A DNA stretch of 29,187 bases from Blastocatellia bacterium (lineage in GTDB: Bacteria > Acidobacteriota > Blastocatellia > Pyrinomonadales > Pyrinomonadaceae), in contig JACDAK010000139.1 of NCBI GenBank assembly GCA_013695495.1, positions 1 to 29,187 on the forward strand, in the 5' to 3' direction. This document shows, piece after piece, positions 26,120-29,187 of this stretch. Every line of letters starts with the position of its first letter. The stretch's first letter is position 1. The translations under genes and the position numbers were made by a program. The notes under the pieces are model-generated. The model was not told the DNA's origin, did no database searches, and saw only the letters and a list, made by a program, of their open reading frames with translations.

Positions 26120-27259
26120 ATGGCCGAAAACGAAAACAAACCTTCCACCGCAACCCTTCGTGCCTACGTTATGTTCGGTGTTCTTGCACTGATCTGGGCA
26201 TATTTTCACTGGTCGACGGACTCGATCTTCCTCACCCCACGCAACCTCGCAAACCTGATGACGCAAATGTCGGTCACCGGCATCCTGGCGATCGGCATGC
26301 TCATGGTTATCGTCTCCGCAAACATCGACCTTTCAGTAGGCTCTGTGCTCGGCTTTTCCGGAGCCGTTGCCGCATACTCGCTCTCGGTTCTGGACGTCGG
26401 CCTTGTCCCGTCGATCGCACTCTCGATCTTGATCGGGATGTCTATCGGCTTCCTGCATGGCACGCTCACCGCCTACTTCAACATCCCCGCGTTCATCGTA
26501 ACGCTCGGCGGACTTCTGGTGTGGCGTGGCGGGGTGAAATGGCTACTCGGCGGCAACACGGTGCCGATCGCCGACGAGTCTTTCAAAGCGATCGGCCAAA
26601 GCAACCTCTCGGCAACGGCGGGATGGATCTTGGCAGCCCTTGCGCTTGCCGGCCTCGTGGCGATCGGGTTCCGCGCTGTTCGCTCAGCGCGAAAACATTC
26701 CGCCGAAGGCGTGAGCCTCTCGGCGGTCGCGTTAAAACTTGCCTTTCCCGCATCCGCCATCGTTATCTTCATCGCAGTGATGAATTCCTACCAAGGCGTG
26801 CCCGTGCCCGTTCTGATCTTCCTCGGCGTTGCGCTCGTCGGCGTGTTCCTCACCACCCAAACTACCTTTGGCAGATACCTTTACGCGATCGGCGGCAACG
26901 CCGAAGCAGCGAGGCTTTCCGGGATAAACAACCGCCTCTCCATCGTCAAAGTTTTCACAATTCTCGGCGCATTCACCGGCATCGCTGCGCTTATATTCAC
27001 CGCGCGCGTCGGCAGTTCGGCCCCCGACGCCGGCACGCTCAAAGAGCTCGATGCGATCGCCGCCTGCGTCATCGGGGGTGCCTCGCTGATGGGCGGCCGC
27101 GGCACCGTAATCGGTGCGTGCATAGGCGCCCTCATTATGGCGAGCCTCGACAACGGAATGTCGCTCCTAAATGTCCGCGATTTTATGCAGGACATTATCA
27201 AAGGCTCTATCCTGGTCGCTGCGGTCGGGCTCGATATGTACGGCCGCCGGCACGCGTAA
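26120..27259 (+). CDS. CUT2 sugar ABC transporter permease (XylH/GguB-like)
   Basis: IDLSVGS, IPAFIVTLGG, FGRYLYAIGGNAEAARLSGI, ELDAIAACVIGGASLMGGRG. Confidence 0.92.
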   Translation: MAENENKPSTATLRAYVMFGVLALIWAYFHWSTDSIFLTPRNLANLMTQMSVTGILAIGMLMVIVSANIDLSVGSVLGFSGAVAAYSLSVLDVGLVPSIALSILIGMSIGFLHGTLTAYFNIPAFIVTLGGLLVWRGGVKWLLGGNTVPIADESFKAIGQSNLSATAGWILAALALAGLVAIGFRAVRSARKHSAEGVSLSAVALKLAFPASAIVIFIAVMNSYQGVPVPVLIFLGVALVGVFLTTQTTFGRYLYAIGGNAEAARLSGINNRLSIVKVFTILGAFTGIAALIFTARVGSSAPDAGTLKELDAIAACVIGGASLMGGRGTVIGACIGALIMASLDNGMSLLNVRDFMQDIIKGSILVAAVGLDMYGRRHA

Positions 27260-27262
27260 ACC

Positions 27263-27778
27263 ATGGCGAGACAAGCCGAAAAACGTTTCGAATGGGCCGT
27301 CTCGATTCTGGCCCCCCAGCCGAGTGACCGCATTCTAGAGATCGGCTGCGGTCGCGGCGGGATGACCGATGCTGTCGCGAGCCAACTGGAAAGCGGCGAG
27401 ATCATCGCGATCGATCGTTCACCAAAGATGATCGACGCTGCAACCGAGCGGAACGCCGCCTATATCTCTGCAGGCACAGCGACGCTCATTCTTGAAGACT
27501 TCGCCGACTCCGCACTTACTGAGCACACCTTCGACAAGATATTTGTCTTCAACCTAAATGTATTTTGGATGGATCCGCGTGACGAGTTAAGCAAGGTCGC
27601 TTCATTACTCAGCGACGGCGGTCGCTTCTACATTTTCCATATCCCGCCGCCCGGGGGCGATACGGCTGAATACGATACGGCGTTCAGAACGAGTCTCGAA
27701 AAATCCGGGTTTGAGGTTCTGCAACCGACGTTCGACGGGGAATTGAACGCAGTCTGTCTCATCGCTACCCCCCGATAA
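27263..27778 (+). CDS. Class I SAM-dependent methyltransferase
   Basis: Motif I ILEIGCGRG, IAIDRSPKM, FDKIF. Confidence 0.85.
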   Translation: MARQAEKRFEWAVSILAPQPSDRILEIGCGRGGMTDAVASQLESGEIIAIDRSPKMIDAATERNAAYISAGTATLILEDFADSALTEHTFDKIFVFNLNVFWMDPRDELSKVASLLSDGGRFYIFHIPPPGGDTAEYDTAFRTSLEKSGFEVLQPTFDGELNAVCLIATPR

Positions 27779-28751
27779 AGCTCATCGTCCGCTCCGGCTG
27801 CACAAAATCAGGCTCGTTAATGTAGTGCTGAGCCTCTTTCTGCGCGACAGCATTACGGATCAACTCCGCGATCTCGTCCGCCGCCGCTCCGTTTCGCAGG
27901 GGCCCCGCAAGGTCATGTTCCACCTTCGAAAAGAGGCATGTGCGGATCTGCCCGTCAGCGGTCAATCTTATTCGCGAACACGCCCCGCAAAACATTTCTG
28001 TCACAGACGCAATGATGCCGATCTCACCGGGCGAGCCGTCTACAAATCGATACGACTGCGATGTGGAACTCGCACGGGCCGACGCCGCTTCGATCGGAAA
28101 CACTTCGCTGATAGCTTTGCGTATCTCTCGGCCCGATACCACATCCTCGCGTCGCCACCCATGCCCCGCGTCCAGCGGCATATACTCGATGAACCGCATG
28201 CTTACCGAATGCTCCCGGGCGAACGCCGCCAACTCCACGACCTCATCTTCATTCCGCCCGCGAACGATTACCGCGTTGACCTTCACCGGCTCCAGTCCGA
28301 TACGCTTCGCCGTTTCGATCGAAGCAAGCACGGGTTCGAGCGCATCCACTCCTGTGATCTTCTCAAACCGTTCCCGCCGCAAGGTATCAACGCTGAACGT
28401 GACCCGATCAAGCCCCGCCTCTTTCAAATCATCTGCATGACGCACAAAATCATATCCGTTCGTCGTCAACGCAATATCGCTTAGTTCCGGCTTTAGCTCC
28501 GCCAGCATTCGCACGAGGACCGAAACATCGCGGCGTACCAGCGGTTCGCCGCCGGTCAGCCGTATCTTCCGTATACCAAGCTCGACGAAAACCTCTGCAA
28601 GAAAAGCGATCTCTTCGTAATTCAAAAGCTTCTCTTTCCGCGCCCACGCCGGCTCGCCATGCGGCAGACAATAAAAACAGCGAAAGTTGCACCGGTCGGT
28701 CAAAGAGATGCGAAGGTCGCGGATCGTTCGGTTATAGGCGTCGGTCAGCAT
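27765..28751 (-). CDS. moaA: GTP 3',8-cyclase (molybdenum cofactor biosynthesis, radical SAM)
   Basis: LRISLTDRCNFRCFYC, RLTGGEPL, MFCGACSRIRLTADG.IRTCLF, C-terminal MSFIGG. Confidence 0.96.
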   Translation of the reverse strand: MLTDAYNRTIRDLRISLTDRCNFRCFYCLPHGEPAWARKEKLLNYEEIAFLAEVFVELGIRKIRLTGGEPLVRRDVSVLVRMLAELKPELSDIALTTNGYDFVRHADDLKEAGLDRVTFSVDTLRRERFEKITGVDALEPVLASIETAKRIGLEPVKVNAVIVRGRNEDEVVELAAFAREHSVSMRFIEYMPLDAGHGWRREDVVSGREIRKAISEVFPIEAASARASSTSQSYRFVDGSPGEIGIIASVTEMFCGACSRIRLTADGQIRTCLFSKVEHDLAGPLRNGAAADEIAELIRNAVAQKEAQHYINEPDFVQPERTMSFIGG

Positions 28752-28752
28752 C

Positions 28753-29187
28753 TTATCGTTTGTAGGCAGCACGCAACTTTTTGATGATCGATACTGCTGC
28801 CTGCTTTTCAGGTTGGCGCACTTTAGCAACGATCTTCCCGAGTTCGGTTAGCGTTTTGTTCAAAAACGCTGCTTCCTCGGCATGTTCAGGCCATTCGTAT
28901 GAAGGTCCGTTTACCCGATCTTTCTCCATCGCCGCCAGAAGATCGCTGACCTCCTTCATCGCCGCTCCACTATTCCCACCGTTAGGGTAGTATTTCAGAT
29001 AACGGCCTTTTGTGTTCAACAGAAGCTCGAAATAACAGCTAACAAACCCTTCACATTCACCCGGCAGAGGATTTTCAGCCCCCGCCCACGCGATCTCATC
29101 CGCGATCGGCAACCGTTTGTACTTGTTGCGAAGCTCCCAAAATCGATCCGACCGGACGATGTATTCGCCCGCGGGTTCGTTATAAAC
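28753..29187 (-). CDS. Hypothetical protein, C-terminal part; 5' end outside the window
   Basis: Frame is open to the window edge (VYNEPAGEYIVRSDRFWELRNKYKRLPIADEIAWAGAENPLPGECEGFVSCY...). Its TAA lies 1 nt before the moaA ATG. Confidence 0.75.
   Translation of the reverse strand, partial: VYNEPAGEYIVRSDRFWELRNKYKRLPIADEIAWAGAENPLPGECEGFVSCYFELLLNTKGRYLKYYPNGGNSGAAMKEVSDLLAAMEKDRVNGPSYEWPEHAEEAAFLNKTLTELGKIVAKVRQPEKQAAVSIIKKLRAAYKR

Overview
Ordinary-looking bacterial chromosomal segment (roughly mid-50s %GC by eye; gene style suggests an Acidobacteriota/Blastocatellia-like organism, which is inference only). It holds about 29 CDS, two of them cut by the window edges, plus one apparently frameshifted gene. 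No rRNA, tRNA, CRISPR array, integrase or transposase was seen. Content: a Spy/CpxP chaperone divergent from a dxs-dsbA-VKOR-ECF sigma-RskA-type anti-sigma cluster; an M16 peptidase; topoisomerase IB; two tandem DUF3857/transglutaminase-like genes; fbaB; two MBL-fold hydrolases; a GNAT; a DHH phosphoesterase; a half-size UPF0016 transporter; msrA with a divergent CHY zinc-finger gene; acs followed by an mtnB homolog; a sugar ABC ATPase and permease without a binding protein; a methyltransferase; moaA. The best leads are: (i) a layered dxs promoter with a SigK-type ECF promoter, a sigma70 promoter and a perfect FNR-type box over the start site, suggesting an ECF/redox-controlled isoprenoid plus disulfide-formation module; (ii) an MtnB homolog that has lost two of three metal-binding His and is coupled to acs; (iii) an active/inactive DUF3857 pair; (iv) a ~520 bp structured intergenic region with an orphan + strand terminator (candidate sRNA); (v) a hidden frameshifted gene missing from the ORF track; (vi) a DtxR/MntR-like box at the half-size UPF0016 gene. 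All functional calls come from motif recognition by eye; no database search was run.
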